This document shows, piece after piece, positions 1-10,126 of a stretch of 64,000 bases of DNA. The stretch comes from an uncultured Gemmatimonadales bacterium (GTDB lineage Bacteria; Gemmatimonadota; Gemmatimonadetes; Gemmatimonadales; GWC2-71-9), in contig CAWHFW010000005.1 in NCBI GenBank assembly GCA_963828735.1, positions 960,001 through 1,024,000 on the forward strand, given 5' to 3'. Within the stretch, counting starts at the first letter, position 1; the number at the start of each line of letters is the position of its first letter. The position numbers and the translations under genes were made by a program. The notes beneath the pieces are model-generated. The model was given only the letters and a program-made list of their open reading frames with translations, was not told the DNA's origin and did not search any database.

Positions 1-2
1 AC

Positions 3-866
3 AACCCGCACCGTCTCCGTACGACGCATCAGGTGGTGCGCCCGCTTTGGAAAGCGATCGTCGAGGGCGCCAGCCGCATCATCTGTCCCAGTGAGATCCT
101 GGAGGGCCTGGTGCTCGACCAGCGCCCGGTTCCACACAAGACGACGGTCATCCCGAACGGCCTGCAGGTCGGCCCGTATACCCCGCGCGCGCTGAGCCCG
201 CGGGTGCTGATGGTCACACGCATGCTCGAGCGAAAGGGAGTACAGTACGTCCTTGAGGCCGTGGCCGAGTCGCCGATCGGCGCCGAGGTGAACATCGTCG
301 GTGACGGGCCGTATCTTCCCGAGCTCCGTCGCCGCGCCGAGGCACTGCGCTCGCCGGTCAACTTCTGGGGCTGGGTGGACAATCGGTCGCCCGAGCTGCG
401 CAACATCTACGAGTCGTCCGGGATCTTCGTCCTTCCCTCCGAGGCGGAGAACTTCCCGATCGTGCTCCTCGAAGCGATGGCCGCCGGGCTGGCGATCATC
501 ACGACCGAGGGCACGGGCTGCGCCGAGGTCGTCGGCGACGCGGGCATACTCGTCCCGGTGCGCGACTCGCGCGCGATCGCCAGCGCCCTCAAGCGCCTCG
601 TGAACGACCCGCAGCTGCGCCAGAGCCTCGGCGCGGCTGCCCGCCGGAGAATCGAGGACAACTTCACCTGGGGCGCGGTAGCCCGCCGCTACGTGGAGGA
701 GTATCAGCGGCACGCGGCGCGCGAGGTGGCACATCCGGTGGCGCCGCTGGGAGCCGGCACCGGGCCGTCGCGACACTCCCCCCAGGAGCTGGTCGCGGTG
801 TCGGGGGAGCAATCACGAGCCGCCGCGGGCGGCATGCGCTCGGAGCCTCCGAGGAGAGCGTCCTAG
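3..866 (+). CDS. Glycosyltransferase family 4 (GT-B), 5'-truncated by the window edge
   Basis: RKGV and ENFPIVLLEAMAAG motifs; frame is open back to position 3. Confidence 0.9.
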   Translation, partial: NPHRLRTTHQVVRPLWKAIVEGASRIICPSEILEGLVLDQRPVPHKTTVIPNGLQVGPYTPRALSPRVLMVTRMLERKGVQYVLEAVAESPIGAEVNIVGDGPYLPELRRRAEALRSPVNFWGWVDNRSPELRNIYESSGIFVLPSEAENFPIVLLEAMAAGLAIITTEGTGCAEVVGDAGILVPVRDSRAIASALKRLVNDPQLRQSLGAAARRRIEDNFTWGAVARRYVEEYQRHAAREVAHPVAPLGAGTGPSRHSPQELVAVSGEQSRAAAGGMRSEPPRRAS

Positions 867-905
867 GTCCGACGGCGCCCGCGAGCCCAGCCTCGCCCGG
901 TGACT

Positions 906-942
906 GCGAGGGGGGCATGCCCACAAGGCATGCCCCCTTCGC
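906..942. terminator. GC-rich hairpin between convergent genes
   Basis: gcgaggggggcatgcc-cacaa-ggcatgcccccttcgc. Confidence 0.6.
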
Positions 943-986
943 CGCTTACATGACCCGAAGTCTCGCGCCTCGGGGCGGTGCGGGAC

Positions 987-1400
987 CTAGACGGGATCGA
1001 GGAACCGCTCCCGCACCTCTGGCGCCGGGAGCAAGCAGCTCGGCGCGTCGCTCAGTCGGTGCCGGTGCCGGGCCACCAGGTCGTATGCGGCGTCGCGCAC
1101 GGGCCGAGGCAGGACCGCCATGACCCGCGCCAGGTGGAACCACCCTCCCAGGTACGCCGCCACTCGAAGCGCCGCATCCGAGCGCGTGAAGACCCGTTCC
1201 GCGCGTGCGCCGTCCGCCGGGTCCACCCACACGACGGAGTCCACCTCGGCCAGCTCGGGATGGCGCGCGCGGGTCTCGGCCCCGAACCTTCCCTGCAGCG
1301 CCGCGAACCTGAGCGTGCGACGACGGTCGTGTCGCAACACGAGCTGGACGCTCTCGGCGCAGAAGCCGCAGGTGCCGTCGTACAGCAGGATCGGAGACAC
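987..1400 (-). CDS. DCC1-like (DUF393) thiol-disulfide oxidoreductase
   Basis: N-terminal LYDGTCGFC; RSDAAL; RDAAYDLVARHR. Confidence 0.9.
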   Translation of the reverse strand: MSPILLYDGTCGFCAESVQLVLRHDRRRTLRFAALQGRFGAETRARHPELAEVDSVVWVDPADGARAERVFTRSDAALRVAAYLGGWFHLARVMAVLPRPVRDAAYDLVARHRHRLSDAPSCLLPAPEVRERFLDPV

Positions 1401-1402
1401 GG

Positions 1403-2251
1403 CTAGCTCTTGAAGGTGTCGCAGTCCTCGGGACGTCCTGACTCGAACCCCCGTCGGAACCAGCTGGCCCGCTGCTCGGACGAACCGTGCGTGAAGCCCT
1501 CGGGTGACACGCCCTGGCCCGACATCTTCTGGATCCGGTCGTCGCCGACCGCTGCGGCGGCCTGAAGGCCTTCGTCGACGTCGCCGGGGTCGAGGATGTC
1601 ACGCTGTTGCGTCTCGTGGCCCCATACCCCCGCGTAGCAATCCGCCTGGAGCTCGAGGCGCACGGAGAGCTGGTTCGCCGCTTCCGGGTTCCGCTGCTGC
1701 GCCTCGCGCACCTGGGCCTCGGTACCGAGGAGGCGCTGCACGTGGTGGCCGAGCTCGTGGGCGAGCACGTACGCCTGGGCGAAGTCACCGGGCGCACCGA
1801 AGCGCTGCTTCAGCTCGTCGTAGAAGCCGAGATCGATGTAGACGCGCTCATCGCCCGGACAGTAGAAGGGGCCGGTCGCCGCCTGGGCAAAGCCGCAGGC
1901 CGACTGGATCGCATCCCGGAAGAGCACCAGCTTGGCATGCTCGTACGTGTGGCCTCTGGCCTGAAAGAGTCCGGCCCAGGTGGCCTGGGCATCATCGAGC
2001 ACGAACGAGACGAACTGCACCTCCTTCTCCTCCTCCGGGCTGCTCGTCACGGGGCCTGCCGCGCTCGGCTCGCCCGCCGCCCCACCGTCCGCGCCCAGCA
2101 AGGCGAAGAAGTTCTGCTTGAAGATCAGACTGAGCACGAGCAGGACGGCCGCGCCTCCCAGCCCAATGCGCATGCCCCCGCCGCCAAACCCACCACTGCT
2201 CCCCCGGCGGTCCTCCAGATCGCTGCTGCGCCCACCCGGTGTCCACCGCAT
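1403..2251 (-). CDS. Neutral zinc metallopeptidase, YpfJ-like
   Basis: GPFYCPGD, LAHELGHH, ELQADC, THGS; start MRW with GGAGG RBS. Confidence 0.92.
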   Translation of the reverse strand: MRWTPGGRSSDLEDRRGSSGGFGGGGMRIGLGGAAVLLVLSLIFKQNFFALLGADGGAAGEPSAAGPVTSSPEEEKEVQFVSFVLDDAQATWAGLFQARGHTYEHAKLVLFRDAIQSACGFAQAATGPFYCPGDERVYIDLGFYDELKQRFGAPGDFAQAYVLAHELGHHVQRLLGTEAQVREAQQRNPEAANQLSVRLELQADCYAGVWGHETQQRDILDPGDVDEGLQAAAAVGDDRIQKMSGQGVSPEGFTHGSSEQRASWFRRGFESGRPEDCDTFKS

Positions 2252-2401
2252 GAGGCCTCCCTCGTGTGAATTCGGAAGATAGCGCCCGGCGTTAGGGCCG
2301 GATGTGGGGAGGAACACGCACGGGAGAGCGGTCGGAGGGTCGAGAGTTGGTGGGTTGGTGGGGCAGAATCCCCCGCTTCGTTCGGTGGGGCCGCGATCTC
2401 A

Positions 2402-3097
2402 CTACGTTCGCCCCTCCGCCCGTCCGTCCCATCGCCCGAGCGACGGACCGTCCGTTCGCCCCACTTGCCGTCGCGCCTGCGGCTCGATCCCGACCTCGCG
2501 GGCTTTTCGCCGGAAGCCGCGGCCGTGGTCCACGGGCAGCCCCGTCTCCGCCTGCCACTGATGCACCATCTCGTGCAGCACCGTGTGCTCCACCTCCGAC
2601 CACGGATGACGAACGATGTGGCGGCGGCTGATGGCGATCTCGGTCGGAAGGCCGGTACGGAGATCCACCGCGAGCTCCCCGAGGCGCGTGCGCATCCGCC
2701 CCGACAACCGGATCGGGATGGCGCCCAGCTGACCGCCGAAGTACTCGACATTGAGTCGCTCGTGCACCGACGCGAGACGTTGCAACAGCGCGAGGTCGCC
2801 GGGTCGTGGGCGCTCCCGTTGCCGCTCGACCCGCGACGCCGGCGCAGCGTACAGCTCGACCGGGAAGCCGAGGAACTCGCGCTCGGCGAGTCGGCGCATC
2901 GCGCGGGGAAGCCGTGGATTCAGGAAACGGACGATCGCCCGGAGGACGCGGTCGGGCGCGCTGGCATAGCCTTGATGCAGGCGGAGTTCCCGCCGGGTGG
3001 TCAGGGAGACCATCACGGTACGGTTGGTGTGGGTGCGGATGCCGGCGACGTCGCGAAGGCCCAGAAGCTTCAGGCGGTGGGCGAGCAGATCGTTCAC
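2402..3097 (-). CDS. SprT-like zinc metalloprotease
   Basis: LNVEYFGG, TVLHEMVH, DHGRGF. Confidence 0.85.
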   Translation of the reverse strand: MNDLLAHRLKLLGLRDVAGIRTHTNRTVMVSLTTRRELRLHQGYASAPDRVLRAIVRFLNPRLPRAMRRLAEREFLGFPVELYAAPASRVERQRERPRPGDLALLQRLASVHERLNVEYFGGQLGAIPIRLSGRMRTRLGELAVDLRTGLPTEIAISRRHIVRHPWSEVEHTVLHEMVHQWQAETGLPVDHGRGFRRKAREVGIEPQARRQVGRTDGPSLGRWDGRAEGRT

Positions 3098-3098
3098 C

Positions 3099-3971
3099 TC
3101 ACAGCCCCTGATCTCCTCCCGCCACGGACACCGCGACGCGCGGCGATCCCTGACGGGCGAACGAGTAGACGTCGGACGCGAGAAACCGTTGGGCGCCGGC
3201 CTCCCAGCGATAGTGACGGATGTGCACGGCGCGGACGTCTACCTTGACCAGGTTGAACACCGACGGCCGGCCGCCACGGGTCCGGAAGCTGTGCGTGCCG
3301 GAGGTGCTCACGGTGAGGGCGCCATCGATCTGGCCGGCGCCCTCGTGGTGATCATGGCCGCAGAGCACCACGTCGGCGCCGCTCGCCATCAGCCGCCGAT
3401 ACGCGGAGCGCCAGTTGGCGAGCCCCATCCGACGGGAATGCGCGCCGCGAAGGATGTTGTGATGAAAGGTGAGGATCCGTACCGCGTCGGCCGGCGCTTG
3501 CGCGAAGATGCCGCCGACGCGCGTGGTCTCGGAGGCCGGAAGATGGCCCTTCACGGCCACGTCGTTCAGGTTCCAGGTGAGCGATCCGAACGCCACCCCG
3601 TAGCTGCTGAGCGCGCCGGCGATGATCGCCCCGGGGATCTCGAGCACCGGCGTGAGCTCGCCGAAGTACCGCGCGTACTTCGCATACTTCCGCTCCTGGC
3701 CCGCCAGGCCGAGCGGGCTCCGCCACCACTCGATGTCGTGATTCCCTGGGATGACGAGCACGGGCGCGTGTTGCCGCAGCCGCTGCAGGAAGGCGTGTGC
3801 CGCCTGAAACTCCCCGTGCCGGGCGCGCTGGCTCACGTCGCCGGACACCACGGTGGCCGCCGCCCCAAGTGTCGGCAGGAAGGCCTCGAGCGCCTCGATC
3901 TGCGCGAGGTCGGCATAGCCGCCGAAATGAAGATCGGAAAGATGGGCGATGCTGATCGAGGGGTCGCTCAT
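3099..3971 (-). CDS. Calcineurin-like metallophosphoesterase
   Basis: DLH, GD, GNHD, HH and GHDH motifs. Confidence 0.9.
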   Translation of the reverse strand: MSDPSISIAHLSDLHFGGYADLAQIEALEAFLPTLGAAATVVSGDVSQRARHGEFQAAHAFLQRLRQHAPVLVIPGNHDIEWWRSPLGLAGQERKYAKYARYFGELTPVLEIPGAIIAGALSSYGVAFGSLTWNLNDVAVKGHLPASETTRVGGIFAQAPADAVRILTFHHNILRGAHSRRMGLANWRSAYRRLMASGADVVLCGHDHHEGAGQIDGALTVSTSGTHSFRTRGGRPSVFNLVKVDVRAVHIRHYRWEAGAQRFLASDVYSFARQGSPRVAVSVAGGDQGL

Positions 3972-4158
3972 GCGGAAAAGCTAAATGATACGGGTAAGCG
4001 CGCGAAGGGCGTGCCGTCCCGTGGTCCCGCGGCCTATGGCAGCATCCGGGGTCGTGAGCGCGTGGCATGACCCAACGGTCCGTGTAGCACGCCAGCCACA
4101 AGACAGGCATCGGCTCCCCGACCGGGGCCTCCAGGCAGGCCCGTGGCCCTAGGTGTCA

Positions 4159-4175
4159 CTGGCCTACCGCTTGCT
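4159..4175 (+). promoter_or_regulatory. Putative sigma54 (-24/-12) promoter
   Basis: CTGGCCTACCGCTTGCT: GG-N10-GC spacing with TGGC and TTGCT boxes, about 105 nt before the small ORF. Confidence 0.5.
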
Positions 4176-4279
4176 TTACCCCCAAGTTCTCTCACCCGAT
4201 CACAACCCAGGTCCAGGCAAGGCGTGGCGACGCCCCATGCGTCCCAGCGATGCCCGGCTCAGCGCAGCATGGAGGCGGC

Positions 4280-4405
4280 ATGGCGACCAGCAGTACCTGT
4301 GTGCGCTTGCGCGAGAGAGCCGAGGCTTCTGCGACGGATCCGGCACAGTCGCCCGTTCTGATCGTCACGCGCGGTGCGCGCGTCGGCGTCGAGGCAGGCG
4401 CATGA
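4280..4405 (+). CDS. 41-aa small ORF (MATSSTCVRLRERAEASATDPAQSPVLIVTRGARVGVEAGA), candidate substrate or leader peptide
   Basis: GGAGG 4 nt before ATG; TGA overlaps the next ATG (ATGA). Confidence 0.55.
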   Translation: MATSSTCVRLRERAEASATDPAQSPVLIVTRGARVGVEAGA

Positions 4406-5775
4406 CCGGAATCCTCGACGCGCCGTCCGTGGCCATCGGCACCGCTACGCCAACGCTCGTCGCAAGCCTGGCGAGCCTCGACGCCCCGATTGTCTACGTT
4501 CGCAACGCGCCGTTCCCTGGCGCACTCGTCACCCTGCCGCTCCGCTCGGCGGAGCGGGCCCTGACGCTCGCCGGACCGCGGGACGTAGTCTGCCTGCCGA
4601 TCGAGCCGGATCCGCTCTTCGTCGCGCTTTTGGCCGAGCTGGGACTCGGGCCCGACCGGTCGCGCATCGTCGTTCCGCGAGGCGAGCCGACCGCGCTCAT
4701 CGGCCCCCGTTTTCTGGCCGATCGGGAGGCCGTCGAACGGATCGCCGCGCTGCTCCCGGCGACCGGCACAGTCTGGCTCGCACCGGGGGGACTCTCGCAT
4801 CCCGATGATGCGCGTCTGGCGGCCGCCATCGCAGCCGCGCGGGGGGCCCCGGTCCGCATTCTCGGCGGCGACCCTGGGTTGGTCGCGCGCATCGACCACA
4901 AGCCCGTCGTTCGAGAGGCGGCCATCGCGCTCGGCATCCCGGTAGCGGAAGGCACCGTGGTCACGCTGTCGCTCGACGCCGATGGTCGGCCCATCGACCT
5001 CGCGCCGTTGCATCAGGCTATCCGCGCAGTGGCAGGCGAAGGCAGGGCCATCGTCCGCGGCGCCCACGGCTCCAGCGGAGATGCGGTCTTCACGGCCGGC
5101 CCGGAGGGCCTCACGGGCGACACGCTGCACGCGTTCGAGTCGAGCCGGCCCCAGTCCGTGTACCTGGTCGAGCAACTCCTGACCATCCGGACCTCGCCGA
5201 ACGTCCAGATGTTCATCGATCCGGCCGGGGCGGCAGTCTGTGTGGGCGTCGCGGACCAGCTCCTCACGGCGGGTCTCGCCCATCATGGCAACGCCTACCC
5301 GAGCGAGGCGCGAACGGCGGCGGCCATGGTGGCCGCTTCGATGCGGATGGCCGAATGGCTGTCGCAGCAAGGGTATCGCGGCGTGTTCGGACTCGACTTC
5401 GTCGAATACGAGGACGACTATGCGCGCCCACGCTGGATCCTCGCCGAGATCAACCCGCGCTTCAACGGGTCCACCCAGCCGGCGGCGATGTTGGAGCGGC
5501 TCAACCGCCTACGGGGCGCCGCCGGTCAGACGCCGATCGCTGCCTTCGCGGGCGGTGTGCTGCCGACGCGCGCGCGCACGGTTCGCGAGCTGCTGCAGCG
5601 CCTCGGGTCCCGGCGCTACGACCGCGCCTCGGGGTCGGGCGTCGTGCCGTTCCATACGGCGGGTCTATCCGACGGCGTGTACGGTCTCACGGTCTTCGCT
5701 CCATCCCGCGCGGATGCGATCAAGGCATTCAAGGAGCTCGAGGCCGAAGAGACCGCGGCTGCCAATGGCGGCTGA
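4402..5775 (+). CDS. ATP-grasp peptide ligase, PGM1-like (pre-ATP-grasp plus ATP-grasp)
   Basis: LAGPRDVVCLP..PDP, SPNVQ, DQLL..HHGN.YP, GVFGLDF, EINPRFNGST. Confidence 0.75.
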   Translation: MTGILDAPSVAIGTATPTLVASLASLDAPIVYVRNAPFPGALVTLPLRSAERALTLAGPRDVVCLPIEPDPLFVALLAELGLGPDRSRIVVPRGEPTALIGPRFLADREAVERIAALLPATGTVWLAPGGLSHPDDARLAAAIAAARGAPVRILGGDPGLVARIDHKPVVREAAIALGIPVAEGTVVTLSLDADGRPIDLAPLHQAIRAVAGEGRAIVRGAHGSSGDAVFTAGPEGLTGDTLHAFESSRPQSVYLVEQLLTIRTSPNVQMFIDPAGAAVCVGVADQLLTAGLAHHGNAYPSEARTAAAMVAASMRMAEWLSQQGYRGVFGLDFVEYEDDYARPRWILAEINPRFNGSTQPAAMLERLNRLRGAAGQTPIAAFAGGVLPTRARTVRELLQRLGSRRYDRASGSGVVPFHTAGLSDGVYGLTVFAPSRADAIKAFKELEAEETAAANGG

Positions 5776-5850
5776 CCCGCAGGGCTCGTCGCCCGCTGGC
5801 CTGGGACAAGATGCCTGAACTCCGCCGCGGAGTCTGCCTCGCGCGTTGCG

Positions 5851-7225
5851 TCACCACACGACGCGCACTCGATAGGTCAGCGTCGCTTCGCCCTTCGCGG
5901 GGACTTTGACGCGGAAACGCGTGATGGTGGATGAAAGCTTCTCGGCCGGTACGCTGCTCTGCAGCACGCTCCACTCGCCACCCCGCTCCTCCCGCACGTC
6001 CACAGTGACCGCGCTGTCGCCGGCGTTCCGGACCGTCACCCGATAGTCCGCGGTGGCCTGGGTCCGCCAGCCTGCCTTGGTGCTGTCGCGACGCGTCACG
6101 TAGCTGGTCTGCACCCGGCGCGCGGTCAGATCGAAGGCGGCGCCGGCCGGCAGCCGGACGTCTTCGCCTGCCGGCGTGTGGTCCATCGCGGCTTCGCCCA
6201 CGAGCTGCGCGCGGCCGCTGCTGTCGGCCTGGAACAGCCGGACGATGCCGCCTGGGAGCGGTCGGTCGCCGAACTCGGTCTTCCGCGGCCGCTTGAGGGT
6301 GTAGAAGATCTCGACGGCAACCTCGGTCTCGTCACCCTCCTGCGGCAGCATTCCCCACCACGGCACCTGACCACGCACGACGTAGGAGCGCTCGTACTTC
6401 ACTTGCGCGGGCTCGAACAGCGCGATCGTGCTGGTGAGGCCGGGCAGCAGCGTCGTACGGCCCGGGAGCGAATAGAGGTGGAACTCGCCTACGCGCTGCT
6501 CGCTGGCGGTGGCCACCTTGTCGTAGGCCTCCGCAGCCATCGCGCGCGCCCGGAGCGGAACGGGCGGAGGCGCGGCGGGCTCCGCGCGCCCGACCGCGCC
6601 GGCCAGAAGCTGCAGCTCCGCGTCCTCGGCGCGGAGCGTCTGGCTCTCGACGACCGCGCTGCCCGTCACTCGCGCATCGGCGCCGCCGAGCACCACCTGG
6701 TAGCTCGCCTGCCACGCGGCGCCCGCCGTGAAGTAGCCGAGCCGGAGCTCCTTCTGGGCCCGTTCGCTCTCGAGGCGAAGCGTCGCCGCGGGGTCCGCCA
6801 CGACGACGTCGCCCGGGATACAGCGCCGCCCCCGGCATCGTGAAGCTCACGGTACCGTCGGGAAGCTGGAGCCGGAGCGGATCCACGCCGAGGACCAGCG
6901 CGCTGATGGTGTCCTTCGACTCCGGCAGGCGGAACACGACGCGCCGGCCCACCGACCGACGCAACACGCTGGCCTCGTCCACCGCGCCATCGTACGTGAG
7001 GGCCCCGATGGTGACGGCGGAGTCGAGTGAGAACAGCGAAGCCGGGTCGAGGGTCCCGAGCGCGATGCGCTGGGTGCTCGCACCCTTCGGCACCGCCACG
7101 CCGACCGTCCGGCGCACGAGCACCCGTCCATCGTTGTAGATCGTGAGAGAGGTCTGCGCCTCGAGTGCCCCTGGGAGCGCCGAGGCCAGCAGCACGAAGA
7201 GGCCGGCCGCGCGTGCGGTGGTCAT
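5851..7225 (-). CDS. DUF4139-type secreted protein with one frameshift near 6812
   Basis: Signal peptide plus SLTIYNDG in one frame, C-terminal half (..LTYRVRVVW) in another; removing 1 nt at tat-ccc-ggg-c-gac joins them. Confidence 0.75.
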
Positions 7226-7515
7226 TTCGGGAGAAACTCCATGGCGGCGCGGCTCGCGACCCGCCGCACGATGATGTAAGTGGCGAGGACCGCGACGGCT
7301 CCGTAGAGCCTCGACATCGGATCGCCTGGAAGTCGGAACGCGACGTACGCAGCCATCAGCGCCGTCGCCGCGAGGGAGATGCGATTGGCCAGCCGTGTTG
7401 CACGCTGCTGCCGCTCGGCGCGGCAGTCGGGGCAGAGCTCCCCCCAGGGAAGACCCGCGACCCGGCGTTCACATTTGGCGCAGGGGACTTCAGGCAACCC
7501 GCCGGGCAACCGCAT
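7222..7515 (-). CDS. Small membrane protein with CxxC..CxxC zinc ribbon and 2 TM helices
   Basis: CAKC, CPDC, two hydrophobic stretches; overlaps both neighbours. Confidence 0.65.
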   Translation of the reverse strand: MRLPGGLPEVPCAKCERRVAGLPWGELCPDCRAERQQRATRLANRISLAATALMAAYVAFRLPGDPMSRLYGAVAVLATYIIVRRVASRAAMEFLPK

Positions 7516-8506
7516 GCCCGAATTCCTCCGTGGAGGCCGTGCCACCGAGGTCGCGGGTGCGGATGTTGTCGCGCACGATCGTGTCGGCCACGGCGTCGCG
7601 GATCCGCTGCGCGCGCTCGAGCTCGCCCAGGTGATCGAGCATCATGGCCGCGGCGAGCATCTGGGCGGAGGGGTTGGCGATTCCCTTCCCCGCGATGTCC
7701 GGGGCGCTCCCGTGCACCGCCTCGAAGATCGCCGCCTTGGTGCCGATGTTGGCCCCCGGCGCGAGGCCGAGCCCGCCGACGAGGCCCGAGACCTCGTCGC
7801 TCAGGATGTCGCCGAACATGTTCGTCGTGACCATGACATCGAACTGCTCGGGGCGCATCACCAGCTGCATGGCCGTGTTGTCTACGATCATGTCGTTCGA
7901 CTCCACGCGGCCCTCGTACTCCTTGGCGACCGCGCGGCCCACCTCGAGAAAAAGCCCGCTCACCATCTTGAGGATGTTGGCCTTGTGGACGATCGTGACC
8001 TTCTTCCGCCCGTGCTTGAGCGCGTACTCGAACGCGTAGCGCGCGATCCGCTCGCAGCCGGCACGGGTGACGATGGCCATCGATTCGCCGACGGCGCGCG
8101 GGTCGTCCCCGACCTGAACGAAATGCTCGACGCCGATGTAGAGACCCTCGAGGTTCTCGCGCACCAGCACGATGTCCACGTTCTCGAACCGGCCCCCCGG
8201 CACGATGGTGCGCGCGGGCCGTACGTTGGCGAAGAGCTCGAACTCCTTCCGGAGCCCGACGTTCACCGAGCGGAAGCCCGTGCCCACGGGTGTGGTGAGC
8301 GGTCCCTTGAGGGCGACGTGGTTTTTCCGAATGCTTTCGACCGTGGCATCCGGCAGGGGCGTGCCGGTGGCCTCGACCGCCGCCACGCCGGCGAGCTCCT
8401 CATCCCAGTTGAACTTCAGGCCCGCGGACTCGAGCACATGCACGGTCTGGGCGGTGATCTCGGGCCCGATGCCGTCCCCGGGAATCAGCGTCGCGTCGTA
8501 GGTCAT
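7490..8506 (-). CDS. Isocitrate/isopropylmalate dehydrogenase family, probably NAD-dependent IDH
   Basis: GDGIGPE, RENLEG, HKANI, NMFGDILSD, EAVHGSAPDIAG. Confidence 0.93.
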   Translation of the reverse strand: MTYDATLIPGDGIGPEITAQTVHVLESAGLKFNWDEELAGVAAVEATGTPLPDATVESIRKNHVALKGPLTTPVGTGFRSVNVGLRKEFELFANVRPARTIVPGGRFENVDIVLVRENLEGLYIGVEHFVQVGDDPRAVGESMAIVTRAGCERIARYAFEYALKHGRKKVTIVHKANILKMVSGLFLEVGRAVAKEYEGRVESNDMIVDNTAMQLVMRPEQFDVMVTTNMFGDILSDEVSGLVGGLGLAPGANIGTKAAIFEAVHGSAPDIAGKGIANPSAQMLAAAMMLDHLGELERAQRIRDAVADTIVRDNIRTRDLGGTASTEEFGHAVARRVA

Positions 8507-9126
8507 TGGTCCAGCGGAAGCACCGCGGCCAGCGCGCTCGCGAGCGCGGCGCTCGGGGTGGCGCCGGTGGCCACCGGCACGCTGCGCCAGAGAATGCGAC
8601 CGGACCGCGCGTCCGCCGCCACCAGCGACAGCTCGGCACGGACCTGGCCGCTGGGCTCGCGCCCGAAGCCGAGGGCGGCGGGTACGAAGACGATGCGGCC
8701 GTTCACCATCGCCGTGAGGTTCCGCAGTGAGGCCCGTAGCTGATCGGGCACTTCCTTGAGCTTCGGCGAGCGGAGCATCGCCTGGCCCATCCCGTCGGGA
8801 TCATCCACGAGCCCGGCCGCCCGGCGCGCGAGCTTCCGAAGCCGCGGCGGCAGCACCCACTTTACCTCGGGGGCGCGCTCGGTCAGGGCGCCCCCGATGA
8901 GCGAGTCCGCCCACGTGAGCGTGGCGCGGTGATCGCGATACTTGGCGAAGAGCGTATCGGACTCGAAGGCGGGGTCGATGGCCACGAGCGTGATCGGCAT
9001 GACCGTCACCTCCTGGCCGCCGAGCGATTGAGTCGGCACGGGTGGTGGCGGTGGCACCTGCTGACCGGCGAGCGGCAGGGCGAACAGGAGCGCGAGCACG
9101 GTTGTGACGAGGAGGGTGCGGGGCAC
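8503..9126 (-). CDS. Hypothetical secreted protein
   Basis: Signal peptide LAG/QQ; 4-nt overlap with the IDH gene. Confidence 0.7.
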   Translation of the reverse strand: MPRTLLVTTVLALLFALPLAGQQVPPPPPVPTQSLGGQEVTVMPITLVAIDPAFESDTLFAKYRDHRATLTWADSLIGGALTERAPEVKWVLPPRLRKLARRAAGLVDDPDGMGQAMLRSPKLKEVPDQLRASLRNLTAMVNGRIVFVPAALGFGREPSGQVRAELSLVAADARSGRILWRSVPVATGATPSAALASALAAVLPLDQ

Positions 9127-9174
9127 GGCGGGAAAGTAATGGGGGGAGGGAGTGGGACAAAGACTGTCGGCACC

Positions 9175-10041
9175 CTACTCCAGCGACAACCCCCCGTCCA
9201 CCACGATCGTCTGCCCCGTGATGTGCCGTGCCGACTCCGAGCACAGGAACGAGATGACGTGCGCCACATCGTCCGGATCCGCCACCCGCCCGAGTACTGA
9301 GCTCTTCTGCGCGCGCTCGATCACTTCGGCCGGCAGCATCGCCATGCGCTCGGTCCGGATGAAACCCGGGGCCACGGCATTCACGTTGACGTTGGCGGGG
9401 CCGAGCTCGACGGCGGCGGCGCGCGTGAGGCCCAACAGCGCGGCCTTGCTCGCCGCATAGTTGGCCACCCCGAACCCCGGCCGTTCCGCCTGGTGCGCGC
9501 TGACGCTCACGATCTTCCCGAAGTGCTGCCCGCGAAAGATCGGCGCGACCGAGCGAATGCAGTTGAACGCTCCGGTCACGTTGGTCTCGAGGACCTCGTT
9601 CCAGGCGTCCTCGCTCAGGCGCCAGAGCGCGCCGTCGCTCGCGATCCCCGCATTATTCACCAGGAAGTGCACGCCGCCGAGCCGTTGCTTGGCCTCGAGG
9701 ATGAAGTGGTCCACCGAGTCCCGGTTGCGCACGTCGCACTTCATCGCGAGCACGCCGACGCCCATGGCGGTGAGCGCGGCCTCGGTCAGGAGGGCCTGCT
9801 CGCTCACGTCGCGGCCCGGCATGTTCACGAAGCAGAAGGCGACGTGGCAGCCGAGCTTCCCGAACTCGATCGCGATGTGGCGGCCGAGGCCGGTGGCCCC
9901 GCCCGTCACGACCGCGACCTTCCCCCGCCAGCCCTTGCGGATCGGCTGGGGTTGCGGCTCCTCGAGCGCGGCTCCGCTTCCCTCCGGGCTCTCGTACTCC
10001 CACGAGGGCCGGTGGCCGAAGCCGAAGGATGGCAATGGCAT
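9175..10041 (-). CDS. SDR oxidoreductase, FabG-like
   Basis: TGGATGLG, NNAG, YAASK, VAPGFI. Confidence 0.9.
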   Translation of the reverse strand: MPLPSFGFGHRPSWEYESPEGSGAALEEPQPQPIRKGWRGKVAVVTGGATGLGRHIAIEFGKLGCHVAFCFVNMPGRDVSEQALLTEAALTAMGVGVLAMKCDVRNRDSVDHFILEAKQRLGGVHFLVNNAGIASDGALWRLSEDAWNEVLETNVTGAFNCIRSVAPIFRGQHFGKIVSVSAHQAERPGFGVANYAASKAALLGLTRAAAVELGPANVNVNAVAPGFIRTERMAMLPAEVIERAQKSSVLGRVADPDDVAHVISFLCSESARHITGQTIVVDGGLSLE

Positions 10042-10126
10042 GGGCTTCGAAAGTACGGCCCGCCCTTGGGGACGGCAAGGCGGTCGGCACCCTGGTCCGG
10101 ACCGAGGGCAGGCTATTAATTGACAT

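Noticed and set aside
2320..2460. Short ccgtcc/ggtgg repeats as a repeat array
   Set aside because: Irregular low-complexity sequence with no spacer structure.
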